A stretch of DNA of 64,000 bases, taken from Eledone cirrhosa. Taxonomy: Eukaryota. The stretch lies in contig OZ024740.1 of assembly GCA_964016885.1 (NCBI GenBank), positions 30,256,001 to 30,320,000 of the forward strand. The letters are read 5' to 3'. The stretch's first letter is position 1; every line of letters begins with the position of its first letter. Positions 1 through 14,340 of the stretch are shown one piece after another. The notes below the pieces were generated by a model, which was given only the letters and a program-made list of their open reading frames with translations, ran no database searches and was not told the origin of the DNA. Both the position numbers and the translations under genes were made by a program.

Positions 1-693
1 GTCCTATTGCTGTTACTATAGTGACAGTGTTAGTTACAGTTACTAGTCCTATTGCTGTTACTATAGTGACACTGTTAGTTATAGTTACTACTACTATTAC
101 TGTTACTATAGTGACACTGTTAGTTATAGTTACTAGTCCTATTACTGTTACTATAGTGACACTGTTAGTTATAGTTACTACTCCTATTACTGTTACTATA
201 GTGACACTGTTAGTTACAGTTACTAGTCCTATTGCTGTTACTATAGTGACACTGTTAGTTATAGTTACTAGTCCTATTGCTGTTACTATAGTGACACTGT
301 TAGTTATAGTTACTAGTCCTATTGCTGTTACTATAGTGACACTGTTAGTTATAGTTACTAGTCCTATTACTGTTACTATAGTGACACTGTTAGTTATAAT
401 TACTAGTCCTATTACTGTTACTATAGTGACACTGTTAGTTATAGTTACTAGTCCTATTGCTGTTTCTATAGTGACACTGTTAGTTATAGTTACTAGTCAT
501 ATTACTGTTACTATAGTGACAGTGTTAGTTATAGTACAAGTCCTATTACTGTTACTATAGTGACACTATTAGTTATAGTTACTAGTCCTATTACTATTAC
601 TATAGTGACACAGTTAGTTATAGTTACTAGTCATATTACTGTTACTATAGTGACACTGTCAGTTATAGTTACTAGTCCTATTATGTTACTATA

Positions 694-3600
694 GTGACAC
701 TGTTAGTTATAGTTACTAGTCCTATTACTGTTACTATAGTGACAGTGTTAGTTATAGTTACTAGTCCTATTACTGTTACTATAGTGACACTGTTAGTTAT
801 AGTTACTAGTCCTATTAGTGTTACTATAGTGACACTGTTAGTTATAGTTACTAGTCATATTACTGTTACTATAGTTACTAGTCCTATTACTGTTACTATA
901 GTGACACTGTTAGTTAATCTTACTACTCCTATTACTGTTACTATAGTGACAGTGTTAGTTATAGTTACTAGTCCTATTACTGTTACTATAGTGACAGTGT
1001 TAGTTATAGTTACTAGTCCTATTACTGTTACTATAGTGACACTGTCAGTTATAGTTACTAGTCCTATTGCTGTTACTATAGTGACACTGTTAGTTATAGT
1101 TACTAGTCCTATTACTGCTACTATAGTGACACTGTTAGTTAATCTTACTTGTCATATTGCTGTTACTATAGTGACACTGTTAGTTATAGTTACTAGTCAT
1201 ATTGCTGTTACTATAGTGACAGTGTTAGTTATAGTTACTAGTCCTATTACTGTTACTATACTGACAGTGTTAGTTATAGTTACTAGTCCTATTACTGTTA
1301 CTATAGTGACACTGTTAGTTATAATTACTAGTCCTATTACTGTTACTATAGTGACACTGTTAGTTATAGTTACTAGTCCTATTGCTGTTACTATAGTGAC
1401 ACTGTTAGTTATAGTTACTAGTCCTATTACTGTTACTATAGTGACACTATTAGTTATAGTTACTAGTCCTATTACTATTACTATAGTGGCACTGTTAGTT
1501 ATAGTTACTAGTCATATTACTGTTACTATAGTGACACTGTTAGTTATAATTACTAGTCCTATTACTGTTACTATAGTGACACTGTTAGTTATAGTTACTA
1601 GTCCTATTACTGTTACTATAGTGACACTGTTAGTTATAGTTACTAGTCCTATTGCTGTTTCTATAGTGACAGTGTCAGTTATAGTTACTAGTCCTATTAC
1701 TGTTACTATAGTGACAGTGTTAGTTACAGTTACTAGTCTTATTACTGTTACTATAGTGACACTGTTAGTTACAGTTACTAGTCCTATTACTGTTACTATA
1801 GTGACACTGTTAGTTATAGTTACTAGTCCTATTATGTAACTATAGTGACACTGTTAGTTATAGTTACTAGTCCTATTACTGTTTCTATAGTGACACTGTT
1901 AGTTATAGTTACTAGTCCTATTACTGTTACTATAGTGACATTGTTAGTTACAGTTACTAGTCCTATTATTGTTACTATAGTGACACTGTTAGTTATAGTT
2001 ACTACTCCTATTACTGTTACTAGAGTGACACTGTTAGTTATAGTTACTAGTCCTATTACTGTTACTATAGTGACACTGTTTGTTATAGTTACTAGTCCTA
2101 TTATTGTTACTATAGTGACACTGTTAGTTATAGTTACTACTCCTATTACTGTTACTATAGTGACACTGTTAGTTATAGTTATTAGTCCTATTACTGTTAC
2201 TATAGTGACACTGTCAGTTATAGTTACTAGTCCTATTACTGTTACTATAGTGACACTGTTAGTTATAGTTACTACTCCTATTACTGTTACTATAGTGACA
2301 CTGTTAGTTATAGTTACTAGTCCTATTATTATTACTATAGTGACACTGTTAGTTACAGTTACTAGTCCTATTGCTGTTACTATAGTGACACTGTTAGTTA
2401 TAGTTACTAGTCCTATTGCTGTTACTATAGTGACACTGTTAGTTATAGTTACTAGTCATATTACTGTTACTATAGTGACACTGTTAGTTATAGTTACTAG
2501 TCCTATTGCTGTTACTATAGTGACAGTGTTAGTTATAGTTACTAGTCCTATTATTGTTACTATAGTGACACTGTTAGTTACAGTTACTAGTCCTATTATT
2601 GTTACTATAGTGACACTGTTAGTTATAGTTACTACTCCTATTACTGTTACTATAGTGACACTGTTAGTTATAGTTACTAGTCCTATTGCTGTTACTATAG
2701 TGACACTGTTAGTTATAGTTACTAGTCCTATTGCTGTTACTATAGTGACACTGTTAGTTATAGTTACTAGTCCTATTACTGTTACTATAGTGACACTGTT
2801 AGTTATAGTTACTAGTCCTATTACTGTTACTATAGTGACACTGTTAGTTATAGTTACTAGTCCTATTGCTGTTACTATAGTGACACTGTTAGTTATAGTT
2901 ACTAGTCCTATTACTGTTACTATACTGACAGTGTTAGTTATAGTTACTAGTCCTATTGCTGTTACTATAGTGACACTGTAAGTTATAGTTACTAGTCCTA
3001 TTGCTGTTACTATAGTGACACTGTTAGTTATAGTTACTAGTCCTATTAATGTTACTATAGTGACACAGTTAGTTATAGTTACTAGTCCTATTTCTGTTAC
3101 TATAGTGACACTGTTAGTTATAGTTACTAGTCCTATTACTGTTACTATAGTGACACAGTTAGTTATAGTTACTAGTCCTATTGCTGTTACTATAGTGACA
3201 GTGTTAGTTATAGTTACTAGTCCTATTACTGTTACTATAGTGACACTGTTAGTTATAGTTACTAGTCCTATTACTGTTACTATAGTGACACAGTTAGTTA
3301 TAGTTACTAGTCCTATTGCTGTTACTATAGTGACAGTGTTAGTTATAGTTACTACTCCTATTACTGTTACTATAGTGACACTGTTAGTTATAGTTATTAG
3401 TCCTATTATGTAACTATAGTGACACTGTTAGTTATAGTTACTAGTTCTATTACTGTTACTATAGTGACACTGTTAGTTATAGTTACTAGTCCTATTGCTG
3501 TTACTATAGTGACAGTGTTAGTTATAGTTACTAGTCCTATTACTGTTACTATGGTGACAGTGTTAGTTATAGTTACTAGTCCTATTACTGTTACTATAGT

Positions 3601-5153
3601 GACACTGTAAGTTATAGTTACTAGTCCTATTACTGTTACTATAGTGACACTGTTAGTTACAGTTACTAGTCCTATTACTGTTACTATAGTGACACTGTTA
3701 GTTATAGTTACTAGTCCTATTGCTGTTACTATAGTGACAGTGTTAGTTATAGTTACTAGTCCTATTACTGTTACTATAGTGACACTGTTAGTTATAATTA
3801 CTAGTCCTATTACTGTTACTATAGTGACACTGTTAGTTGTAGTTACTAGTCCTATTGCTGTTTCTATAGTGACAGTGTCAGTTATAGTTACTAGTCATAT
3901 TACTGTTACTATAGTGACAGTGTTAGTTATAGTTACAAGTCCTATTACTGTTACTATAGTGACACTATTAGTTATAGTTACTAGTCCTATTACTATTACT
4001 ATAGTGACACAGTTAGTTATAGTTACTAGTCATATTATGTTACTATAGTGACACTGTTAGTTATAGTTACTAGTCATATTACTGTTACTATAGTTACTAG
4101 TCCTATTACTGTTACTATAGTGACACTGTTAGTTAATCTTACTACTCCTATTACTGTTACTATAGTGACAGTGTTAGTTATAGTTACTAGTCCTATTACT
4201 GTTACTATAGTGACAGTGTTAGTTATAGTTACTAGTCCTATTACTGTTACTATAGTGACACTGTCAGTTATAGTTACTAGTCCTATTGCTGTTACTATAG
4301 TGACACTGTTAGTTATAGTTACTAGTCCTATTACTGCTACTATAGTGACACTGTTAGTTAATCTTACTTGTCATATTGCTGTTACTATAGTGACACTGTT
4401 AGTTATAGTTACTAGTCATATTGCTGTTACTATAGTGACACTGTTAGTTATAGTTACTAGTCCTATTGCTGTTACTATAGTGACAGTGTTAGTTACAGTT
4501 ACTAGTCCTATTGCTGTTACTATAGTGACACTGTTAGTTATAGTTACTACTACTATTACTGTTACTATAGTGACACTGTTAGTTATAGTTACTAGTCCTA
4601 TTACTGTTACTATAGTGACACTGTTAGTTATAGTTACTACTCCTATTACTGTTACTATAGTGACACTGTTAGTTACAGTTACTAGTCCTATTGCTGTTAC
4701 TATAGTGACACTGTTAGTTATAGTTACTAGTCCTATTGCTGTTACTATAGTGACACTGTTAGTTATAGTTACTAGTCCTATTGCTGTTACTATAGTGACA
4801 CTGTTAGTTATAGTTACTAGTCCTATTACTGTTACTATAGTGACACTGTTAGTTATAATTACTAGTCCTATTACTGTTACTATAGTGACACTGTTAGTTA
4901 TAGTTACTAGTCCTATTGCTGTTTCTATAGTGACACTGTTAGTTATAGTTACTAGTCATATTACTGTTACTATAGTGACAGTGTTAGTTATAGTTACAAG
5001 TCCTATTTCTGTTACTATAGTGACACTATTAGTTATAGTTACTAGTCCTATTACTATTACTATAGTGACACAGTTAGTTATAGTTACTAGTCATATTACT
5101 GTTACTATAGTGACACTGTCAGTTATAGTTACTAGTCCTATTATGTTACTATA
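694..5153 (+). repeat. 4,460-bp higher-order unit (100 monomers, including two 27-bp and four 44-bp); repeated at 12877-17336
   Basis: Spacing between successive copies of the 381-codon marker block (694 to 5154; 12877 to 17337). 98x45 + 2x27 - 4 = 4460, which matches the truncated monomers visible in the unit. Confidence 0.9.
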
Positions 5154-8100
5154 GTGACACTGTTAGTTATAGTTACTAGTCCTATTACTGTTACTATAGT
5201 GACAGTGTTAGTTATAGTTACTAGTCCTATTACTGTTACTATAGTGACACTGTTAGTTATAGTTACTACTCCTATTAGTGTTACTATAGTGACACTGTTA
5301 GTTATAGTTACTAGTCATATTACTGTTACTATAGTTACTAGTCCTATTACTGTTACTATAGTGACACTGTTAGTTAATCTTACTACTCCTATTACTGTTA
5401 CTATAGTGACAGTGTTAGTTATAGTTACTAGTCCTATTACTGTTACTATAGTGACAGTGTTAGTTATAGTTACTAGTCCTATTACTGTTACTATAGTGAC
5501 ACTGTCAGTTATAGTTACTAGTCCTATTGCTGTTACTATAGTGACACTGTTAGTTATAGTTACTAGTCCTATTACTGCTACTATAGTGACACTGTTAGTT
5601 AATCTTACTTGTCATATTGCTGTTACTATAGTGACACTGTTAGTTATAGTTACTAGTCATATTGCTGTTACTATAGTGACAGTGTTAGTTATAATTACTA
5701 GTCCTATTACTGTTACTATACTGACAGTGTTAGTTATAGTTACTAGTCCTATTACTGTTACTATAGTGACACTGTTAGTTATAATTACTAGTCCTATTAC
5801 TGTTACTATAGTGACACTGTTAGTTATAGTTACTAGTCCTATTGCTGTTACTATAGTGACACTGTTAGTTATAGTTACTAGTCCTATTACTGTTACTATA
5901 GTGACACTATTAGTTATAGTTACTAGTCCTATTACTATTACTATAGTGGCACTGTTAGTTATAGTTACTAGTCATATTACTGTTACTATAGTGACACTGT
6001 TAGTTATAATTACTAGTCCTATTACTGTTACTATAGTGACACTGTTAGTTATAGTTACTAGTCCTATTACTGTTACTATAGTGACACTGTTAGTTATAGT
6101 TACTAGTCCTATTGCTGTTTCTATAGTGACAGTGTCAGTTATAGTTACTAGTCCTATTACTGTTACTATAGTGACAGTGTTAGTTACAGTTACTAGTCTT
6201 ATTACTGTTACTATAGTGACACTGTTAGTTACAGTTACTAGTCCTATTACTGTTACTATAGTGACACTGTTAGTTATAGTTACTAGTCCTATTATGTAAC
6301 TATAGTGACACTGTTAGTTATAGTTACTAGTCCTATTACTGTTTCTATAGTGACACTGTTAGTTATAGTTACTAGTCCTATTACTGTTACTATAGTGACA
6401 TTGTTAGTTACAGTTACTAGTCCTATTATTGTTACTATAGTGACACTGTTAGTTATAGTTACTACTCCTATTACTGTTACTAGAGTGACACTGTTAGTTA
6501 TAGTTACTAGTCCTATTACTGTTACTATAGTGACACTGTTTGTTATAGTTACTAGTCCTATTATTGTTACTATAGTGACACTGTTAGTTATAGTTACTAC
6601 TCCTATTACTGTTACTATAGTGACACTGTTAGTTATAGTTACTACTCCTATTACTGTTACTATAGTGACACTGTTAGTTATAGTTACTAGTCCTATTATT
6701 ATTACTATAGTGACACTGTTAGTTACAGTTACTAGTCCTATTGCTGTTACTATAGTGACACTGTTAGTTATAGTTACTAGTCCTATTGCTGTTACTATAG
6801 TGACACTGTTAGTTATAGTTACTAGTCATATTACTGTTACTATAGTGACACTGTTAGTTATAGTTACTAGTCCTATTGCTGTTACTATAGTGACAGTGTT
6901 AGTTATAGTTACTAGTCCTATTATTGTTACTATAGTGACACTGTTAGTTACAGTTACTAGTCCTATTATTGTTACTATAGTGACACTGTTAGTTATAGTT
7001 ACTACTCCTATTACTGTTACTATAGTGACACTGTTAGTTATAGTTACTAGTCCTATTGCTGTTACTATAGTGACACTGTTAGTTATAGTTACTAGTCCTA
7101 TTGCTGTTACTATAGTGACACTGTTAGTTATAGTTACTAGTCCTATTACTGTTACTATAGTGACACTGTTAGTTATAGTTACTAGTCCTATTACTGTTAC
7201 TATAGTGACACTGTTAGTTATAGTTACTAGTCCTATTGCTGTTACTATAGTGACACTGTTAGTTATAGTTACTAGTCCTATTACTGTTACTATACTGACA
7301 GTGTTAGTTATAGTTACTAGTCCTATTGCTGTTACTATAGTGACACTGTAAGTTATAGTTACTAGTCCTATTGCTGTTACTATAGTGACACTGTTAGTTA
7401 TAGTTACTAGTCCTATTAATGTTACTATAGTGACACAGTTAGTTATAGTTACTAGTCCTATTTCTGTTACTATAGTGACACTGTTAGTTATAGATACTAG
7501 TCCTATTACTGTTACTATAGTGACACAGTTAGTTATAGTTACTAGTCCTATTGCTGTCACTATAGTGACAGTGTTAGTTATAGGTACTAGTCCTATTACT
7601 GTTACTATAGTGACACTGTTAGTTATAGTTACTAGTCCTATTGCTGTTACTATAGTGACACTGTTAGTTATAGTTACTAGTCCTATTACTGTTACTATAG
7701 TGACACTGTTAGTTATAGTTACTAGTCCTATTACTGTTACTATAGTGACACTGTTAGTTATAGTTACTAGTCCTATTGCTGTTACTATAGTGACACTGTT
7801 AGTTATAGTTACTAGTCCTATTACTGTTACTATACTGACAGTGTTAGTTATAGTTACTAGTCCTATTGCTGTTACTATAGTGACACTGTAAGTTATAGTT
7901 ACTAGTCCTATTGCTGTTACTATAGTGACACTGTTAGTTATAGTTACTAGTCCTATTAATGTTACTATAGTGACACAGTTAGTTATAGTTACTAGTCCTA
8001 TTTCTGTTACTATAGTGACACTGTTAGTTATAGATACTAGTCCTATTACTGTTACTATAGTGACACAGTTAGTTATAGTTACTAGTCCTATTGCTGTCAC

Positions 8101-9138
8101 TATAGTGACAGTGTTAGTTATAGGTACTAGTCATATTACTGTTACTATAGTGACACTGTTAGTTATAGTTACTAGTCCTATTACTGTTACTATAGTGACA
8201 GTGTTAGTTATAGTTACTAGTCCTATTACTGTTACTATAGTGACACTGTCAGTTATAGTTACTAGTCCTATTGCTGTTACTATAGTGACACTGTTAGTTA
8301 TAGTTACTAGTCCTATTACTGCTACTATAGTGACACTGTTAGTTAATCTTACTTGTCATATTGCTGTTACTATAGTGACACTGTTAGTTATAGTTACTAG
8401 TCATATTGCTGTTACTATAGTGACACTGTTAGTTATAGTTACTAGTCCTATTGCTGTTACTATAGTGACAGTGTTAGTTACAGTTACTAGTCCTATTGCT
8501 GTTACTATAGTGACACTGTTAGTTATAGTTACTACTACTATTACTGTTACTATAGTGACACTGTTAGTTATAGTTACTAGTCCTATTACTGTTACTATAG
8601 TGACACTGTTAGTTATAGTTACTACTCCTATTACTGTTACTATAGTGACACTGTTAGTTACAGTTACTAGTCCTATTGCTGTTACTATAGTGACACTGTT
8701 AGTTATAGTTACTAGTCCTATTGCTGTTACTATAGTGACACTGTTAGTTATAGTTACTAGTCCTATTGCTGTTACTATAGTGACACTGTTAGTTATAGTT
8801 ACTAGTCCTATTACTGTTACTATAGTGACACTGTTAGTTATAATTACTAGTCCTATTACTGTTACTATAGTGACACTGTTAGTTATAGTTACTAGTCCTA
8901 TTGCTGTTTCTATAGTGACACTGTTAGTTATAGTTACTAGTCATATTACTGTTACTATAGTGACAGTGTTAGTTATAGTTACAAGTCCTATTTCTGTTAC
9001 TATAGTGACACTATTAGTTATAGTTACTAGTCCTATTACTATTACTATAGTGACACAGTTAGTTATAGTTACTAGTCATATTACTGTTACTATAGTGACA
9101 CTGTCAGTTATAGTTACTAGTCCTATTATGTTACTATA
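5154..9138 (+). repeat. 3,985-bp higher-order unit (89 monomers); repeated at 17337-21321
   Basis: Marker-block spacing 5154 to 9139 and 17337 to 21322. 88x45 + 27 - 2 = 3985. Confidence 0.9.
7050..8130 (+). repeat. 540-bp (12-monomer) tandem duplication inside the 3,985-bp unit; also at about 19233-20313
   Basis: Variants ctgtaag, attaat, atagatact, ctgtcac and ataggtact repeat at +540 (ORF starts 7385/7925 and 19568/20108). Confidence 0.9.
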
Positions 9139-12100
9139 GTGACACTGTTAGTTATAGTTACTAGTCCTATTACTGTTACTATAGTGACAGTGTTAGTTAT
9201 AGTTACTAGTCCTATTACTGTTACTATAGTGACACTGTTAGTTATAGTTACTACTCCTATTAGTGTTACTATAGTGACACTGTTAGTTATAGTTACTAGT
9301 CATATTACTGTTACTATAGTTACTAGTCCTATTACTGTTACTATAGTGACACTGTTAGTTAATCTTACTACTCCTATTACTGTTACTATAGTGACAGTGT
9401 TAGTTATAGTTACTAGTCCTATTACTGTTACTATAGTGACAGTGTTAGTTATAGTTACTAGTCCTATTACTGTTACTATAGTGACACTGTCAGTTATAGT
9501 TACTAGTCCTATTGCTGTTACTATAGTGACACTGTTAGTTATAGTTACTAGTCCTATTACTGCTACTATAGTGACACTGTTAGTTAATCTTACTTGTCAT
9601 ATTGCTGTTACTATAGTGACACTGTTAGTTATAGTTACTAGTCATATTGCTGTTACTATAGTGACAGTGTTAGTTATAGTTACTAGTCCTATTACTGTTA
9701 CTATACTGACAGTGTTAGTTATAGTTACTAGTCCTATTACTGTTACTATAGTGACACTGTTAGTTATAATTACTAGTCCTATTACTGTTACTATAGTGAC
9801 ACTGTTAGTTATAGTTACTAGTCCTATTGCTGTTACTATAGTGACACTGTTAGTTATAGTTACTAGTCCTATTACTGTTACTATAGTGACACTATTAGTT
9901 ATAGTTACTAGTCCTATTACTATTACTATAGTGGCACTGTTAGTTATAGTTACTAGTCATATTACTGTTACTATAGTGACACTGTTAGTTATAATTACTA
10001 GTCCTATTACTGTTACTATAGTGACACTGTTAGTTATAGTTACTAGTCCTATTACTGTTACTATAGTGACACTGTTAGTTATAGTTACTAGTCCTATTGC
10101 TGTTTCTATAGTGACAGTGTCAGTTATAGTTACTAGTCCTATTACTGTTACTATAGTGACAGTGTTAGTTACAGTTACTAGTCTTATTACTGTTACTATA
10201 GTGACACTGTTAGTTACAGTTACTAGTCCTATTACTGTTACTATAGTGACACTGTTAGTTATAGTTACTAGTCCTATTATGTAACTATAGTGACACTGTT
10301 AGTTATAGTTACTAGTCCTATTACTGTTTCTATAGTGACACTGTTAGTTATAGTTACTAGTCCTATTACTGTTACTATAGTGACATTGTTAGTTACAGTT
10401 ACTAGTCCTATTATTGTTACTATAGTGACACTGTTAGTTATAGTTACTACTCCTATTACTGTTACTAGAGTGACACTGTTAGTTATAGTTACTAGTCCTA
10501 TTACTGTTACTATAGTGACACTGTTTGTTATAGTTACTAGTCCTATTATTGTTACTATAGTGACACTGTTAGTTATAGTTACTACTCCTATTACTGTTAC
10601 TATAGTGACACTGTTAGTTATAGTTACTACTCCTATTACTGTTACTATAGTGACACTGTTAGTTATAGTTACTAGTCCTATTATTATTACTATAGTGACA
10701 CTGTTAGTTACAGTTACTAGTCCTATTGCTGTTACTATAGTGACACTGTTAGTTATAGTTACTAGTCCTATTGCTGTTTCTATAGTGACACTGTTAGTTA
10801 TAGTTACTAGTCATATTACTGTTACTATAGTGACAGTGTTAGTTATAGTACAAGTCCTATTACTGTTACTATAGTGACACTATTAGTTATAGTTACTAGT
10901 CCTATTACTATTACTATAGTGACACAGTTAGTTATAGTTACTAGTCATATTACTGTTACTATAGTGACACTGTCAGTTATAGTTACTAGTCCTATTATGT
11001 TACTATAGTGACACTGTTAGTTATAGTTACTAGTCCTATTACTGTTACTATAGTGACACTGTTAGTTATAGTTACTAGTCCTATTACTGTTACTATAGTG
11101 ACACTGTTAGTTATAGTTACTACTCCTATTAGTGTTACTATAGTGACACTGTTAGTTATAGTTACTAGTCATATTACTGTTACTATAGTTACTAGTCCTA
11201 TTACTGTTACTATAGTGACACTGTTAGTTAATCTTACTACTCCTATTACTGTTACTATAGTGACAGTGTTAGTTATAGTTACTAGTCCTATTACTGTTAC
11301 TATAGTGACAGTGTTAGTTATAGTTACTAGTCCTATTACTGTTACTATAGTGACACTGTCAGTTATAGTTACTAGTCCTATTGCTGTTACTATAGTGACA
11401 CTGTTAGTTATAGTTACTAGTCCTATTACTGCTACTATAGTGACACTGTTAGTTAATCTTACTTGTCATATTGCTGTTACTATAGTGACACTGTTAGTTA
11501 TAGTTACTAGTCATATTGCTGTTACTATAGTGACAGTGTTAGTTATAGTTACTAGTCCTATTACTGTTACTATACTGACAGTGTTAGTTATAGTTACTAG
11601 TCCTATTACTGTTACTATAGTGACACTGTTAGTTATAATTACTAGTCCTATTACTGTTACTATAGTGACACTGTTAGTTATAGTTACTAGTCCTATTGCT
11701 GTTACTATAGTGACACTGTTAGTTATAGTTACTAGTCCTATTACTGTTACTATAGTGACACTATTAGTTATAGTTACTAGTCCTATTACTATTACTATAG
11801 TGGCACTGTTAGTTATAGTTACTAGTCATATTACTGTTACTATAGTGACACTGTTAGTTATAATTACTAGTCCTATTACTGTTACTATAGTGACACTGTT
11901 AGTTATAGTTACTAGTCCTATTACTGTTACTATAGTGACACTGTTAGTTATAGTTACTAGTCCTATTGCTGTTTCTATAGTGACAGTGTCAGTTATAGTT
12001 ACTAGTCCTATTACTGTTACTATAGTGACAGTGTTAGTTACAGTTACTAGTCTTATTACTGTTACTATAGTGACACTGTTAGTTACAGTTACTAGTCCTA

Positions 12101-14340
12101 TTACTGTTACTATAGTGACACTGTTAGTTATAGTTACTAGTCCTATTATGTAACTATAGTGACACTGTTAGTTATAGTTACTAGTCCTATTACTGTTTCT
12201 ATAGTGACACTGTTAGTTATAGTTACTAGTCCTATTACTGTTACTATAGTGACATTGTTAGTTACAGTTACTAGTCCTATTATTGTTACTATAGTGACAC
12301 TGTTAGTTATAGTTACTACTCCTATTACTGTTACTAGAGTGACACTGTTAGTTATAGTTACTAGTCCTATTACTGTTACTATAGTGACACTGTTTGTTAT
12401 AGTTACTAGTCCTATTATTGTTACTATAGTGACACTGTTAGTTATAGTTACTACTCCTATTACTGTTACTATAGTGACACTGTTAGTTATAGTTACTACT
12501 CCTATTACTGTTACTATAGTGACACTGTTAGTTATAGTTACTAGTCCTATTATTATTACTATAGTGACACTGTTAGTTACAGTTACTAGTCCTATTGCTG
12601 TTACTATAGTGACACTGTTAGTTATAGTTACTAGTCCTATTGCTGTTTCTATAGTGACACTGTTAGTTATAGTTACTAGTCATATTACTGTTACTATAGT
12701 GACAGTGTTAGTTATAGTACAAGTCCTATTACTGTTACTATAGTGACACTATTAGTTATAGTTACTAGTCCTATTACTATTACTATAGTGACACAGTTAG
12801 TTATAGTTACTAGTCATATTACTGTTACTATAGTGACACTGTCAGTTATAGTTACTAGTCCTATTATGTTACTATAGTGACACTGTTAGTTATAGTTACT
12901 AGTCCTATTACTGTTACTATAGTGACAGTGTTAGTTATAGTTACTAGTCCTATTACTGTTACTATAGTGACACTGTTAGTTATAGTTACTAGTCCTATTA
13001 GTGTTACTATAGTGACACTGTTAGTTATAGTTACTAGTCATATTACTGTTACTATAGTTACTAGTCCTATTACTGTTACTATAGTGACACTGTTAGTTAA
13101 TCTTACTACTCCTATTACTGTTACTATAGTGACAGTGTTAGTTATAGTTACTAGTCCTATTACTGTTACTATAGTGACAGTGTTAGTTATAGTTACTAGT
13201 CCTATTACTGTTACTATAGTGACACTGTCAGTTATAGTTACTAGTCCTATTGCTGTTACTATAGTGACACTGTTAGTTATAGTTACTAGTCCTATTACTG
13301 CTACTATAGTGACACTGTTAGTTAATCTTACTTGTCATATTGCTGTTACTATAGTGACACTGTTAGTTATAGTTACTAGTCATATTGCTGTTACTATAGT
13401 GACAGTGTTAGTTATAGTTACTAGTCCTATTACTGTTACTATACTGACAGTGTTAGTTATAGTTACTAGTCCTATTACTGTTACTATAGTGACACTGTTA
13501 GTTATAATTACTAGTCCTATTACTGTTACTATAGTGACACTGTTAGTTATAGTTACTAGTCCTATTGCTGTTACTATAGTGACACTGTTAGTTATAGTTA
13601 CTAGTCCTATTACTGTTACTATAGTGACACTATTAGTTATAGTTACTAGTCCTATTACTATTACTATAGTGGCACTGTTAGTTATAGTTACTAGTCATAT
13701 TACTGTTACTATAGTGACACTGTTAGTTATAATTACTAGTCCTATTACTGTTACTATAGTGACACTGTTAGTTATAGTTACTAGTCCTATTACTGTTACT
13801 ATAGTGACACTGTTAGTTATAGTTACTAGTCCTATTGCTGTTTCTATAGTGACAGTGTCAGTTATAGTTACTAGTCCTATTACTGTTACTATAGTGACAG
13901 TGTTAGTTACAGTTACTAGTCTTATTACTGTTACTATAGTGACACTGTTAGTTACAGTTACTAGTCCTATTACTGTTACTATAGTGACACTGTTAGTTAT
14001 AGTTACTAGTCCTATTATGTAACTATAGTGACACTGTTAGTTATAGTTACTAGTCCTATTACTGTTTCTATAGTGACACTGTTAGTTATAGTTACTAGTC
14101 CTATTACTGTTACTATAGTGACATTGTTAGTTACAGTTACTAGTCCTATTATTGTTACTATAGTGACACTGTTAGTTATAGTTACTACTCCTATTACTGT
14201 TACTAGAGTGACACTGTTAGTTATAGTTACTAGTCCTATTACTGTTACTATAGTGACACTGTTTGTTATAGTTACTAGTCCTATTATTGTTACTATAGTG
14301 ACACTGTTAGTTATAGTTACTACTCCTATTACTGTTACTA
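9000..14340 (+). repeat. 1,869-bp (42-monomer) higher-order unit, about three tandem copies
   Basis: Marker block at 9139, 11008 and 12877; ORFs 10290/12159/14028; the atagtacaag 1-bp deletion at about 10849 and 12718. 41x45 + 27 - 3 = 1869. Confidence 0.9.

Larger units (their letters stand above)
415..10778 (+). repeat. Copy 1 of a ~10.4-kb direct duplication (offset 12,183 bp)
   Basis: ORF starts 694, 1845, 3015, 3419, 3644, 4048, 5154, 6305, 7385, 7925, 9139 and 10290 all recur exactly 12,183 bp downstream with essentially the same translation. Confidence 0.95.

Noticed and set aside
11-40. TATA-box promoters or intrinsic terminators from TATAGT motifs and hairpins
   Set aside because: The motifs are part of every monomer, with no associated gene, GC-rich stem or U-tract.
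551-575. Resemblance to phage promoters: GTGACACTAT (SP6) in a variant, and TCACTATAG (T7) on the minus strand
   Set aside because: The matches are only 9-10 bp and lack the upstream specificity region. Natural-looking variation and nested duplications argue against a vector or synthetic concatemer.
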